Shown: positions 1 to 9,207 of the stretch, one piece after another
Layout of the letters: each line of letters opens with the position of its first letter
How positions within the stretch are numbered: the first letter of the stretch is position 1
NCBI GenBank assembly: GCA_020184695.1
Contig: JAANOX010000266.1
Coordinates: 463-64,462, forward strand
Source of the DNA: Histomonas meleagridis 2922-C6/04-290x
Taxonomy: Eukaryota; Protista; Parabasalia
Reading direction: 5' to 3'
Length of the DNA: 64,000 nt
Made by a program: the position numbers and the translations under genes
The notes under the pieces: generated by a model
Told to the model about the DNA's origin: nothing
Databases searched by the model: none
The model's input: only the letters and a program-made list of their open reading frames with translations

Positions 1-1914
1 GTAATTAGAAACCAACATTTGGGTACTTCATCAGCAAACGTGCTTTCAAAACACCTAAGAAACAGAGTAAATTTATTCAAACTAGATTTATATTGTAACC
101 AAATCAAGGATCAAGGATTACAAATTATTTCATATTTAATTCATTTAAATCCATCCATTCGTATTTTTAACATTGGGTGTAACGATTTAACTGATAAATC
201 AGATGTATATTTAGCAGACATTTTAAGTTTTAAAAATCTTAGATCATTACAAATAGGCACCATGAAAAATACAATACATGCCAATAGTCTAACTTCTTCC
301 ACATTAGAAACAATTTCCAATCCAATTATTAAAACCAATAATTTATTATCACTTGGTATTAACGGAATTAACTTATCACCAAAAGTATCACAATCAACTG
401 ACCGTATCATTTCCAAAATACTTTCTAAGTCTACTTCTTTGAAGATGCTTTCGATGAGTCATTGCGGAATAACATCACAGATATTCCTTAACGTTCTCAA
501 AAGCGGTTTTTCATTCAATTCCACTCTAATTCGACTTGACGTTTCCGATAACAATTTAAATTCAACGGTAGGCATTAAACTTGGTGAATATCTTCTTAGT
601 AATACCTATAAAGAATCATATAATTCTGATTTTGAGAAGAAAGTTATACAAACCGATGAAATTCCACATATTTTTTATTTAGATTTAAGCAAAAATGATT
701 TTACATTTGACGTTGCGTATACTTTTTCGGACGTATTATTAAAATATCCATATTTAGGATATCTAAACTTAAGTTATAATAACATTGGTGATAACGGTAT
801 ATGTCAACTTGCGAAATCATTAGAACAAAACCAAACATTAGTTGAGTTACATTTAAGTTCAACTAAAATATCATATAAAGGAGGAACAGCCATTGCTGAA
901 TCTCTTAAAAAGAACAAAGTTTTATCTTTGTTAAATATATCAAAGAATAAAATTGGTGATAAAACAGCTTTTGCATTTGCAGAAGCATTAAATATTAATA
1001 CAACGTTAACAACGTTAAACATTTCTTCATCGATGTTATCGAATGAAGGAGGAATACAATTAGCGAAATCTACTTTAAGTTGTACGTCTTTGATTAATTT
1101 AGATATAAGTGATAATTTATTTACTGAAAATTCGGGAAAAACATTCGAAGAAATATTTAGTAAAAATAAAACAATTTTGAAAATTAATATAAATGGAACA
1201 CAAATAAATCATTTTTGTTGTAATAATATAAATGATATTTGTAATAGGAATTTGTTAATGTTAGAACAAAGGGATAAAAAACCATTAAAAAATCAAATAA
1301 TAAAAAATAAATTTTTAATGATCGAAATCAAACGAAAAGAAAAAATTTTGAAGAAATTATTATCAATAAAAAATAATTTAGAAAAACAAATTAATGAATT
1401 GGATGAATCAATCCAAGGAATAATTAATAATGAAGAAATTAATACAAACATTTTAACGAAACAAATACAAGAGAAAGAACAACAAATTAAAAAGGATAAA
1501 GAAGATTTAGAAGATAAAATTAAAAAACACAACGAAAAAATGAAAAATTTCGTCGATAAAAATAATGAAATTGCATTAAAAATTGAAAATCAAAATAAAA
1601 TTATTAAAGAAACAGAACTAAAAATTAAAGAAAAAAATGAAGAACTAAAAAGAATTAGAGAAGAGTTTCAACAACAAAAAAATGTCCTAATAAAAGAAAT
1701 GAATGAAATAAATAATGCAACAAAAGAATTGGACAAATTAATAAAAGATAAAAACGCATTAAATGAAATGGAAGAATTGCCACAATTCTTGGAATTTGAT
1801 GTGAAACCAATAGAAGAAGAAAATAAAAATGTTATAATAGAAGAGAAAATTGAACCTCCAAAACCAAAGAAAAGAAGAATACGACGTCGTATAATCAAGC
1901 CAAAGGAAAAATAA
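1..1914 (+). CDS. RNI-like leucine-rich-repeat protein with C-terminal coiled coil (5'-partial)
   Basis: Frame is open from base 1. Repeated LxxLxLxxNxIxxxG units (e.g. LGYLNLSYNNIGDNG, LSLLNISKNKIGDKTA), then a K/E/Q-rich heptad region; TAA stop. Confidence 0.85.
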   Translation, partial: VIRNQHLGTSSANVLSKHLRNRVNLFKLDLYCNQIKDQGLQIISYLIHLNPSIRIFNIGCNDLTDKSDVYLADILSFKNLRSLQIGTMKNTIHANSLTSSTLETISNPIIKTNNLLSLGINGINLSPKVSQSTDRIISKILSKSTSLKMLSMSHCGITSQIFLNVLKSGFSFNSTLIRLDVSDNNLNSTVGIKLGEYLLSNTYKESYNSDFEKKVIQTDEIPHIFYLDLSKNDFTFDVAYTFSDVLLKYPYLGYLNLSYNNIGDNGICQLAKSLEQNQTLVELHLSSTKISYKGGTAIAESLKKNKVLSLLNISKNKIGDKTAFAFAEALNINTTLTTLNISSSMLSNEGGIQLAKSTLSCTSLINLDISDNLFTENSGKTFEEIFSKNKTILKININGTQINHFCCNNINDICNRNLLMLEQRDKKPLKNQIIKNKFLMIEIKRKEKILKKLLSIKNNLEKQINELDESIQGIINNEEINTNILTKQIQEKEQQIKKDKEDLEDKIKKHNEKMKNFVDKNNEIALKIENQNKIIKETELKIKEKNEELKRIREEFQQQKNVLIKEMNEINNATKELDKLIKDKNALNEMEELPQFLEFDVKPIEEENKNVIIEEKIEPPKPKKRRIRRRIIKPKEK

Positions 1915-2043
1915 TTTTGTATGTAAACATGTTTTTCTTGTAAATTTTTTGAGGAAATATTCCTTAGCGACCGTTTAAAATAGATGGACTCAAAAGTGAC
2001 AGCCATAGTTGGTCAGTTAAGGCGAAATGCCACTTTTTATAAT

Positions 2044-2619
2044 ATGCTAAGCGTAGTTGGACTTTGTGGACCAGATTGGGTATTAATTGCAGCCGATTCT
2101 TCAGTTTCATCATCAATTATTTGCATGAGCGAAGAATATGATCGTATAGTCGAGGTTGACAAAAGAAATGCTCTTGCTATGGCTGGAGAAACAGGTGACT
2201 CCCTTCAATTATCAGAATATATCCAAGGAAATGTAGCACTTTATAAATACCGAAATGGAATTGAACTTAGCACAGAAGCAATGAGTCATTATATCAGAAG
2301 CATTATGGCCGAAGCCATTAGAAAGAATCCATACGAAGTTAACATGTTACTTGGCGGTTACGATGGAAAACCATCACTTTATTACATGGATTATCTTGGA
2401 ACCCTCCAAAAAATTCCATTTGGTGCCCAAGGTTATTGTTCATATTTTGTCCTTTCTGTCTTTGATAAGTACTATAAGCCAGATATGACACTTGATGAAG
2501 GTAAAGAATTAATGAAGAAAGCTTTAGATCAGATTAAACAGAGGTTCACAATTGCTCCACATGGTTTTATTGTTAAGCAAATTGATGCGAATGGAATTCA
2601 AAAAATCACCATCAATTAA
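2044..2619 (+). CDS. PSMB2: 20S proteasome subunit beta type-2 (beta4/Pre1-like)
   Basis: MLSVVGLCGPDWVLIAADSS...GETGD...NPYEVNMLLGGYD...LYYMDYLG is typical of this subunit. Start placed at the second ATG (2044), which follows a CCACTTTT Inr-like motif. Confidence 0.92.
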   Translation: MLSVVGLCGPDWVLIAADSSVSSSIICMSEEYDRIVEVDKRNALAMAGETGDSLQLSEYIQGNVALYKYRNGIELSTEAMSHYIRSIMAEAIRKNPYEVNMLLGGYDGKPSLYYMDYLGTLQKIPFGAQGYCSYFVLSVFDKYYKPDMTLDEGKELMKKALDQIKQRFTIAPHGFIVKQIDANGIQKITIN

Positions 2620-2670
2620 ATAAACCTGATTTTTTATTTTTTGTTAAAGATCTGGCGAACGTTAAAGGTA

Positions 2671-3993
2671 ATGAATGATTCCTTAAAGAAAATAACACCA
2701 ACACCAAAATCAGAAATAAATGACTTCGAAAGGAAAACATTTATGGTGTCTACTCTACGTGGATTAGATTTTCAAAGAGTAACAATAAACGAAATTCCAT
2801 CACTTGAATCTGCATCAGAATCTGATTTTCCAAAACTATTCATAAAAAAATGTAAAGAATGTTCTAAGATATGCGATTTTACATCCGAGTTATTTGATAA
2901 AAATGCAAAAAAATTAAAATCAGATTATCTCATTGAATTTGAAAAAATTTTTTCTAAAATAAGGTTTACTAAAATCATAAATGATAACTTAATTGCAGAA
3001 TTTGTTAAAATGATTTTAGCAAATATTTCTCGTTCAATATCATCTCTTAAAATTATATCATCAATAGAATGCCCAGATAATGTTCTTGACGTTTCTTGGC
3101 CACACCTTAATCTTGTGTACAATGCTGTTAAATCATTATTCTCTTCTAAGCTTTCATCAAAAGTTAATGATAAACCTTTATTTTCATCATTAATACTTAA
3201 CATGTGCTCAAGTGATCAACGTGAGCGCCAGTCTTCAAATGAAGCTCTTACTCTCATTTTTAACAAACTTAATACAGAACTCAAATCATATATAATTACA
3301 AACACAATAAACAAAATCAAGCTTGGTAATTCTAGTGCCGAACTTCTTAATTTTATTTATGATATTATTCCAGAAATCAAGAAAAACAATGAGAAAAACT
3401 TTGAAAACACATTTTCAACCGTTATTTCACTTCACAATTCACCCCAATACATGAAATTTTCAAACAATTTAACTCAATGCATTACTCGATTTATACGTGT
3501 TGATAATACACTTCTCAATCAAGCAATTTTATATATTGTTCATCATTGGCCAACATATTGTATTAAAAAGCAAGTTATTTTTATTTCTGAACTTGAAATC
3601 ATTATGCAAAATTTTGCAGAAGATCCAATTATTGAATCCATTGCGAAACCACTTTATACTAAAATGTCCGAATTAATCATTGATCCTTCTGTAAACGTAG
3701 CAGAAGCAACATTTAGTTTTTTGCTTGGACAAGGAAACGAAGCAAGTTTAATAGAGAACATCGAAATTGCAATAAAAATTTTAGTTCCGCCATTAGTTAC
3801 ATGTTTAAAACAACATTGGAATATATTTATACGTGATGATGCACGCGTCGTTTTGGATTTGTTGGCAAAAGTTTGCCCGAAAATTTATGAAAATGAAATA
3901 AAAATCATGTCGAAAGAGAAAAAAGAAAAAAGCGCAAAAAGAAAGAAAAATTGGGTTTTAGTAATAGAAAAGGCGAAAGGAAAGAAAAAATAA
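2671..3993 (+). CDS. PP2A regulatory subunit B56 (B') family, divergent
   Basis: B56 motifs FIKKCKECSKICDF, SWPHLNLVY, HWP..K..IFISELE and HWN. First ATG is at 2671. Confidence 0.8.
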   Translation: MNDSLKKITPTPKSEINDFERKTFMVSTLRGLDFQRVTINEIPSLESASESDFPKLFIKKCKECSKICDFTSELFDKNAKKLKSDYLIEFEKIFSKIRFTKIINDNLIAEFVKMILANISRSISSLKIISSIECPDNVLDVSWPHLNLVYNAVKSLFSSKLSSKVNDKPLFSSLILNMCSSDQRERQSSNEALTLIFNKLNTELKSYIITNTINKIKLGNSSAELLNFIYDIIPEIKKNNEKNFENTFSTVISLHNSPQYMKFSNNLTQCITRFIRVDNTLLNQAILYIVHHWPTYCIKKQVIFISELEIIMQNFAEDPIIESIAKPLYTKMSELIIDPSVNVAEATFSFLLGQGNEASLIENIEIAIKILVPPLVTCLKQHWNIFIRDDARVVLDLLAKVCPKIYENEIKIMSKEKKEKSAKRKKNWVLVIEKAKGKKK

Positions 3994-4006
3994 AGTAAAT
4001 ATAAAA

Positions 4007-4312
4007 TTATGTTGTCTTTTTGAGATGGAGAACAGAGGCTGAGAGAGGTAAAAGAACAACTTCATTATCGCGAAAAACTAAAATACATTCTTTTTGACTA
4101 TCATTAGGCGTTTTCCAGTTTCCTTTAAAATTGACTGTTTCCCCATTTTCAAGAACGTGTTCTACAATTCCATAATTTGGATTTTCTTCATCATGAACTA
4201 GGGTTCTAGAAACTGTTGAATTTGCAATTGATTGAGGACAGAAATTGTATTGGATTCGAATATATTCGTTATCGCCACTCGCAACACGAAGTGGAAGTTT
4301 TTCTCCTTCCAT
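4007..4312 (-). CDS. ELL-associated factor (EAF) N-terminal-domain protein
   Basis: IQYNFCPQSI...VNFKGN...KECILVF...LLPLSASVLHLKKT resembles the EAF pattern RYDFKPASI...VFKGN...KDCVLI...LEKLSSSIQVKKT. First ATG is at 4312. Confidence 0.65.
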   Translation of the reverse strand: MEGEKLPLRVASGDNEYIRIQYNFCPQSIANSTVSRTLVHDEENPNYGIVEHVLENGETVNFKGNWKTPNDSQKECILVFRDNEVVLLPLSASVLHLKKTT

Positions 4313-4337
4313 TTGGTTGAGAGCACTTTTTTTCAAG

Positions 4338-4408
4338 CAGCCGTTTAAAATCACGGCGTGCCCCAAAATTGTTTATAAAAAGTGCCAATAATTCGTTATT
4401 TAACGGTT
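4338..4408. promoter_or_regulatory. Divergent Myb-type (trichomonad M3-like) core promoter motifs for the EAF and Tctex1 genes
   Basis: AAACGGCTG on the minus strand (about 4338-4345) and TAACGGTT on the plus strand (4401-4408), each just upstream of its ATG. Similar motifs occur at 6490 and 7046. Confidence 0.5.
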
Positions 4409-4416
4409 CCATAAGA

Positions 4417-4772
4417 ATGAATGAACCAGAGGAACTTGCATTCATCTCTGAGGATGTAAAAGGAGCTGCTAAAGATGTATTTTTATTTTCTTATTCCAGA
4501 GTATTGAATCAACCCTTCGAAATAAAGAATTTCAACAAAATATGATAAATCAATGGTGTTCAACAATTATTGAAGAATGTACAAAAAGACTTTGCGCTCT
4601 CAACAAGCCATTTAAGTACATAACTTCTTGTGTTATTATGCAGAAAACAGGCGGAGGTTTACATTTGTCATCTTCAACTTATTGGGATCAAGCAACTGAT
4701 AATTCTGTTACAGTTCAATACGAGAACCAAACAATGTATGCCATTCTCTCAGTATTTGGCGTTATGATTTAA
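4417..4772 (+). CDS. Dynein light chain Tctex-1 family (2 exons: 4417-4476, 4500-4772; 110 aa)
   Basis: Spliced product MNEPEELAFISEDVKGAAKD|SIESTLRNKEFQQNMINQWCSTIIEECTKRL...KPFKYITSCVIMQKTGGGLHLSSSTYWDQATD has the Tctex-1 signature. Confidence 0.88.
4477..4499 (+). other. 23-nt spliceosomal intron (GTATTTTTATTTTCTTATTCCAG)
   Basis: GT..AG boundaries. Removing it joins two open frames into a full-length Tctex-1; the unspliced frame stops early. Confidence 0.8.
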
Positions 4773-4974
4773 TTTGCTGAATAAATAGAACATGTTGTTT
4801 TTTCAATTTTCTATCGTCTTTGTGAAATTCAGCGGTTAATTTATTTTTTTATCATCAATAACTATCACAGCCAATGGAAAAATTTTCTAAATTAATACTT
4901 AAGAACTTTATTGGACTAGTTGATCAAATCACAAAAAGTTATTGGAAATCATTTAACTTTATATAATTAATATA

Positions 4975-5817
4975 TTACATTTCATTTTTGTTTTCAGGAG
5001 TATCTGTTTCTGTTTTATCACCTTTTGAATCGGTGCCTTCATTTTTCTTTTCATTTGTCGTGTTGACTTTATCTTCTAAATTTTCCATTGTCGCTGGTGA
5101 AACATTTAACTCAAGAATGGCAATTCCGACATTTTTGCCGAACTCTTTCACCAAATCTTCTGCAAGAGGTCTCAATGAACCAGGATCTACTTGTGCAATA
5201 ATTACTGTGATATCATCTTTCTCCTCAACTGATTCAACAATTGGCAGCATTGAAATCATCTTCTCTGCTCCTGATGGTGGAATAAGGAATTTGATGCGGA
5301 TTCTAGCTCTTGCAATTGGATATCTTTTTTCTTGAAGTGTCTTGATAAGTTTCATTGCTTGAGCTTTTGGCGCTTTTTTAAGGCTGACACTATATCCGAT
5401 GTCACTCATTGCTCGTTCTATCATTGTGCTGGTTAATGGTCGTTGTGTATTGGTATTGACACATTGTGAAGCCACAATAGATGCTATATCTTTAGTGAGA
5501 TTGGCTATTCTAATTTTCCTTTCTTTCTCTGCAAGAGTAACTTTTCCTTCTAAAAGAATTATTTTTAAAGCTTCTTCCATATCATCGACTTTTAAAGCTT
5601 CAAAAACGGCAGCTTGACTTGCAAGCATACCGCGATCAACGTTAACAAATATAGAATGAGATTGAACAACATTGTCAATATCAGTCTCAAGTCCATCTCT
5701 CCATGAAGTTACTTTGTTTGGAATAACAGCTATTTCAAAGTGTTGACCACGTCTATCTAACTTCACCACAGACACATTCGATAAAATTTTTTGGCCAAGA
5801 GGCTGAATTAAGGCCAT
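4975..5817 (-). CDS. SBDS: SBDS/Sdo1 ribosome maturation factor
   Basis: FEIAVIPNKV..W...IDNVVQSHSIFVNVDRG, IVASQCVNTNTQRPLT..MIERAM, KAQAMKLIK.L...PIARARIRI. Confidence 0.92.
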   Translation of the reverse strand: MALIQPLGQKILSNVSVVKLDRRGQHFEIAVIPNKVTSWRDGLETDIDNVVQSHSIFVNVDRGMLASQAAVFEALKVDDMEEALKIILLEGKVTLAEKERKIRIANLTKDIASIVASQCVNTNTQRPLTSTMIERAMSDIGYSVSLKKAPKAQAMKLIKTLQEKRYPIARARIRIKFLIPPSGAEKMISMLPIVESVEEKDDITVIIAQVDPGSLRPLAEDLVKEFGKNVGIAILELNVSPATMENLEDKVNTTNEKKNEGTDSKGDKTETDTPENKNEM

Positions 5818-6199
5818 TAAAAATTTTAAAAATTCACTATCTTTGTTCGAACATCAGAAAAATTTTAGAAGATTTCCAAATTTTCGAAGTTGCGATAAAT
5901 GAAATAAAATTTTAATATCAAATATTGTTATTAAGCTAGCTATCCAAAGACGATGTATGAATATAATATAACTATTATTCAATGATGAAAATTAATTAAT
6001 TTACATATATTTTTCTTGTTTTTTTTTCTTTTTTTAACACGTAAAAAATTAAGTTTAAGAAGCTGTATGAATGTGAGTTACTGTTTATTTACATTTCAAT
6101 ATTGAATCTTTTTTTATAATTAAATAATATGAGTTAAACAGATTTTTTACTCAAATAATAAAATTTACTGGAAGGCTTTGATAATAATTTAGATTTAAA

Positions 6200-6484
6200 T
6201 TAAGAATCAATAATTACATGTATTGTTTTGAAAACATTTCTTCGGCAAATAGGACATTCTTTAGGCACTGGTAATTTGTCATAACATTGCTCACAAACGC
6301 AAGCATGACGACAAGGGATAAATATAGTGTCAATCCTATTACTCATACAAATTTTGCATAAAATAACATATTTTTCTGGGCGATCAAATGCTTCTGGTGG
6401 AGGGTCTATTTCGCATACATCATCTGTTTGTTTATCTTTTCCCCTTTTGCGCGTGTTTTCTTTCTTTATTGGTTTTCTGCTCAT
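6200..6484 (-). CDS. Small C3HC4 RING-finger protein
   Basis: CKIC...IFIPCRHACVCEQC...CPICR. Confidence 0.85.
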   Translation of the reverse strand: MSRKPIKKENTRKRGKDKQTDDVCEIDPPPEAFDRPEKYVILCKICMSNRIDTIFIPCRHACVCEQCYDKLPVPKECPICRRNVFKTIHVIIDS

Positions 6485-6526
6485 TTCCTTAACGGTCTCT
6501 AATACACAAAATTGACAATTGTCTAT

Positions 6527-6763
6527 ATGGAAAAGAAACCCTTGTTATCATTTGATATTGCACTTGATGGGACAATGCAAAACATAAAAGGTGACATTGA
6601 TGGGAAACTTCCTGACAAAACAGTTATGAATAGGTTGTTGTTCGCAGCAAATAAATTATTGACTAATGAAGAAGTATCCTCAATAACAATACACACAGAT
6701 AAATATGTACTTAGAATATCAGCAGCAGGAGCCAATTTTTCATGCATTGTAACGAGATTGTAA
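6527..6763 (+). CDS. Small protein, possibly roadblock/LAMTOR-like
   Basis: Clean 78-aa ORF divergent from the RING gene. Its beta-beta-alpha-beta-beta pattern (GDIDG...SITIHTDKYVLRIS) is loosely similar to LAMTOR4; family uncertain. Confidence 0.4.
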   Translation: MEKKPLLSFDIALDGTMQNIKGDIDGKLPDKTVMNRLLFAANKLLTNEEVSSITIHTDKYVLRISAAGANFSCIVTRL

Positions 6764-7076
6764 TAAAAATTTTTATGATTAATCCTTTTCTTGGACTTTC
6801 AATCGAACCTTATCAAGAGTGTACAATAATTTGCAAATGAGGGTGTGCACAGTTTCCCAATGTATATAATTTTATTTATAATTAATAAATTAATGATAAT
6901 TCATAAGGTAAAAATTTGATATTTTTTGCATAAATTAAAACAAATTCTCTTTGTGGATATTAGCTTTGTGTAACAGTTCCGTGAATACTAATAAATGTAA
7001 GAGTTGACTATTCTAAAAATTTTACAAAACAAAAAAGACAAAAAGTGACGGTTTTAAAGAAACATTTTTCCAAAGA

Positions 7077-7526
7077 ATGGAAGCATTTAGCTCAGATTCT
7101 AGCGATCTTTCTGAATTCGAAGATTTCCACCCAGAGGATTTTTCTGCAGAACTTGATAGACCTACACCAACAAGAGGTGGAATCAGATTACCTCCACCAA
7201 AAAAGAAATCAGTAGCTCCTCCACCCCCACCTCCTATTGAAGTTATTCCTCCAAGTATTGCCAAAACCGTGTTAGAAGCTGAAAAAGAAGAGGATCAAGT
7301 AATTTCTGTTGATTTTGACACATTCAGAGAAGAAGGCGAAGATCTTGCACAAAAGAATGCAATGATTAAAGATAAGTCACAATACAAAGGTGTAGGTTAT
7401 CAAAGAGCTAAGTCACAACTAACATATCTTGCACAACTCGATCTTGAAACACGTGGAGCGTATGAACAGCAACTAAAAAACAGCACAAGAGCAAAAGTTG
7501 CATCTGCAAAACTATATGGATGGTGA
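7077..7526 (+). CDS. PRCC-like proline-rich protein
   Basis: Poly-Pro N-terminal half. C-terminus KSQLTYLAQL...KVASAKLYGW resembles the PRCC C-terminal KHQITYL...QAKYGF motif. Confidence 0.7.
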   Translation: MEAFSSDSSDLSEFEDFHPEDFSAELDRPTPTRGGIRLPPPKKKSVAPPPPPPIEVIPPSIAKTVLEAEKEEDQVISVDFDTFREEGEDLAQKNAMIKDKSQYKGVGYQRAKSQLTYLAQLDLETRGAYEQQLKNSTRAKVASAKLYGW

Positions 7527-7629
7527 AAAAAAGCTTTTTTTAAATTTTGTTTATCGATAATCGACTTGTGATATGAAATTGATATATTTTTGAACGTTAA
7601 AGTCACAGGACCAAGAGCCAAAATTTTAC

Positions 7630-9054
7630 ATGAATTTCATCGCCCAACTTGTTAATAATGATGGAACACCAACAGGCCCACAGATTAGTCTTCCTTCTAC
7701 CACTTCTACAAAAGATTTAACAACTCTTGTAAACCAATTTCTTGAAAATGAGGAACCTACACCATTCTCATTTTATGTAGACGAAGAACAAATTGTTGGG
7801 AATCTTGAAAACGTTACAAAAACAACATCAACAGAGAAAGTATTAAAGATTGTTTATCGACCAGAAGCAGTATTTGGCGTTCGTGCTGTTAGTTATTGCT
7901 CGGCAACACTTCCAGGACATTCACACACAATCTTATGCATTGCTTTTTCCAATGACGGCACAGATTTGGCAACTGGTGGTGGCGATGGATCTGTAATTTT
8001 TTGGGATATCACAACACAATCAATGAGACAACGACTTCCAATTAAAGAAAATAATTGGATTCAATGTATTGAATGGCATCAAATGTGCAAAATTCTCGCA
8101 ATTGCAGGTACAGATGGATATATCAGAATAATCGAAAAAAATCCAGAAACAGGAAACTTTTCACTCAAAAACGAATTCAAAGTTTCCAACTCACCGATTT
8201 ATGCTATACAATGGGAACCATTTCATCTTCAAAACACACAATATCCACGAATAGCTGCATCAACAAAAAATGGTGAAGTAGCTATTTGGTGTTCACAAAC
8301 AGGAAGGAGGCTTATTGCTTTTTCTGGGCATTCTGGTTTTGTTATGGGACTTGCTTGGGGCGTTGATGGAATTCTTTATTCTTCATCTCATGACCGAACC
8401 CTCAAAGCATGGGACACAAAGACTGGCCAAGAGTTAGCGAAGTATAGTCCACGTAGTGGAGCTTGGAGAACTCTTGCTATCTCAACAGCATTTGTATTAA
8501 GAACAGGTCCATATGAACTTGGCCATATAAATGGTCCTGATCCCAAAGAAGAAGCTCTTAAAAGGATTGCTGCACATCGTGCGCAAAGCCCTATCGAGTA
8601 CGTCGCTGTCGGCGGAGAAGATTTCACTGTTTCACTCCTCAGATATGAAAACGGTAATTTCATTGAAATTCAACGGTTAACGGGGCACACCAAAGCCGTT
8701 AACCATATTGTTTTTTCACCAAATGGTTATTGGTTAGCTACAGCTTCATTTGATAAGACAGTAAAATTATTCGATGGGAAATCGGGCAAATTTGTTTGCA
8801 CACTTGGTAAGGGCCGAGGTCGACATACTGGTATGCATTTAGGTCCCGTCTACAGACTTGCATGGTCAGCTGACTCTAGGAAACTAATAAGTGGAAGCTC
8901 AGACACTACATTAAAAGTATGGGACATCACAACACAAAAACTTCTCAGAGATTTACCAGGTCATGAAGATGAAGTTTATGGTGTAGATTGGTCACCAACC
9001 GGATCACCAGCTGCTTCTGGTGGCAAAGACAAACAAGTCCGACTTTGGAAGTAA
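7630..9054 (+). CDS. NLE1: Notchless/Rsa4 (NLE domain + WD40 repeats)
   Basis: NLE ubiquitin-like N-terminus (LTTLVNQFLENEEPTPFSFYV...VLKIVYRPEAVF), then WD40 repeats ending DLPGHEDEVYGVDWSP...ASGGKDKQVRLW. Confidence 0.93.
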   Translation: MNFIAQLVNNDGTPTGPQISLPSTTSTKDLTTLVNQFLENEEPTPFSFYVDEEQIVGNLENVTKTTSTEKVLKIVYRPEAVFGVRAVSYCSATLPGHSHTILCIAFSNDGTDLATGGGDGSVIFWDITTQSMRQRLPIKENNWIQCIEWHQMCKILAIAGTDGYIRIIEKNPETGNFSLKNEFKVSNSPIYAIQWEPFHLQNTQYPRIAASTKNGEVAIWCSQTGRRLIAFSGHSGFVMGLAWGVDGILYSSSHDRTLKAWDTKTGQELAKYSPRSGAWRTLAISTAFVLRTGPYELGHINGPDPKEEALKRIAAHRAQSPIEYVAVGGEDFTVSLLRYENGNFIEIQRLTGHTKAVNHIVFSPNGYWLATASFDKTVKLFDGKSGKFVCTLGKGRGRHTGMHLGPVYRLAWSADSRKLISGSSDTTLKVWDITTQKLLRDLPGHEDEVYGVDWSPTGSPAASGGKDKQVRLWK

Positions 9055-9207
9055 TAATTATTTGCAGAAAACTCGAAAAAATAAATTCTTTGAAATTCTT
9101 TTCAATTTGAAATTTTCTGTGCTTTACAAAACGAACACCATTTTGTGAACAATATTCTGAGCGCATTGAATTTGAGCAGCCGGATAACCGCCGCCAAATT
9201 GGATCAG

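Noticed and set aside
4975-9054. SBDS and Notchless (both 60S maturation factors) as a functional gene cluster
   Set aside because: They are separated by unrelated genes, with no shared regulatory element seen. Chance is sufficient in a gene-dense block.
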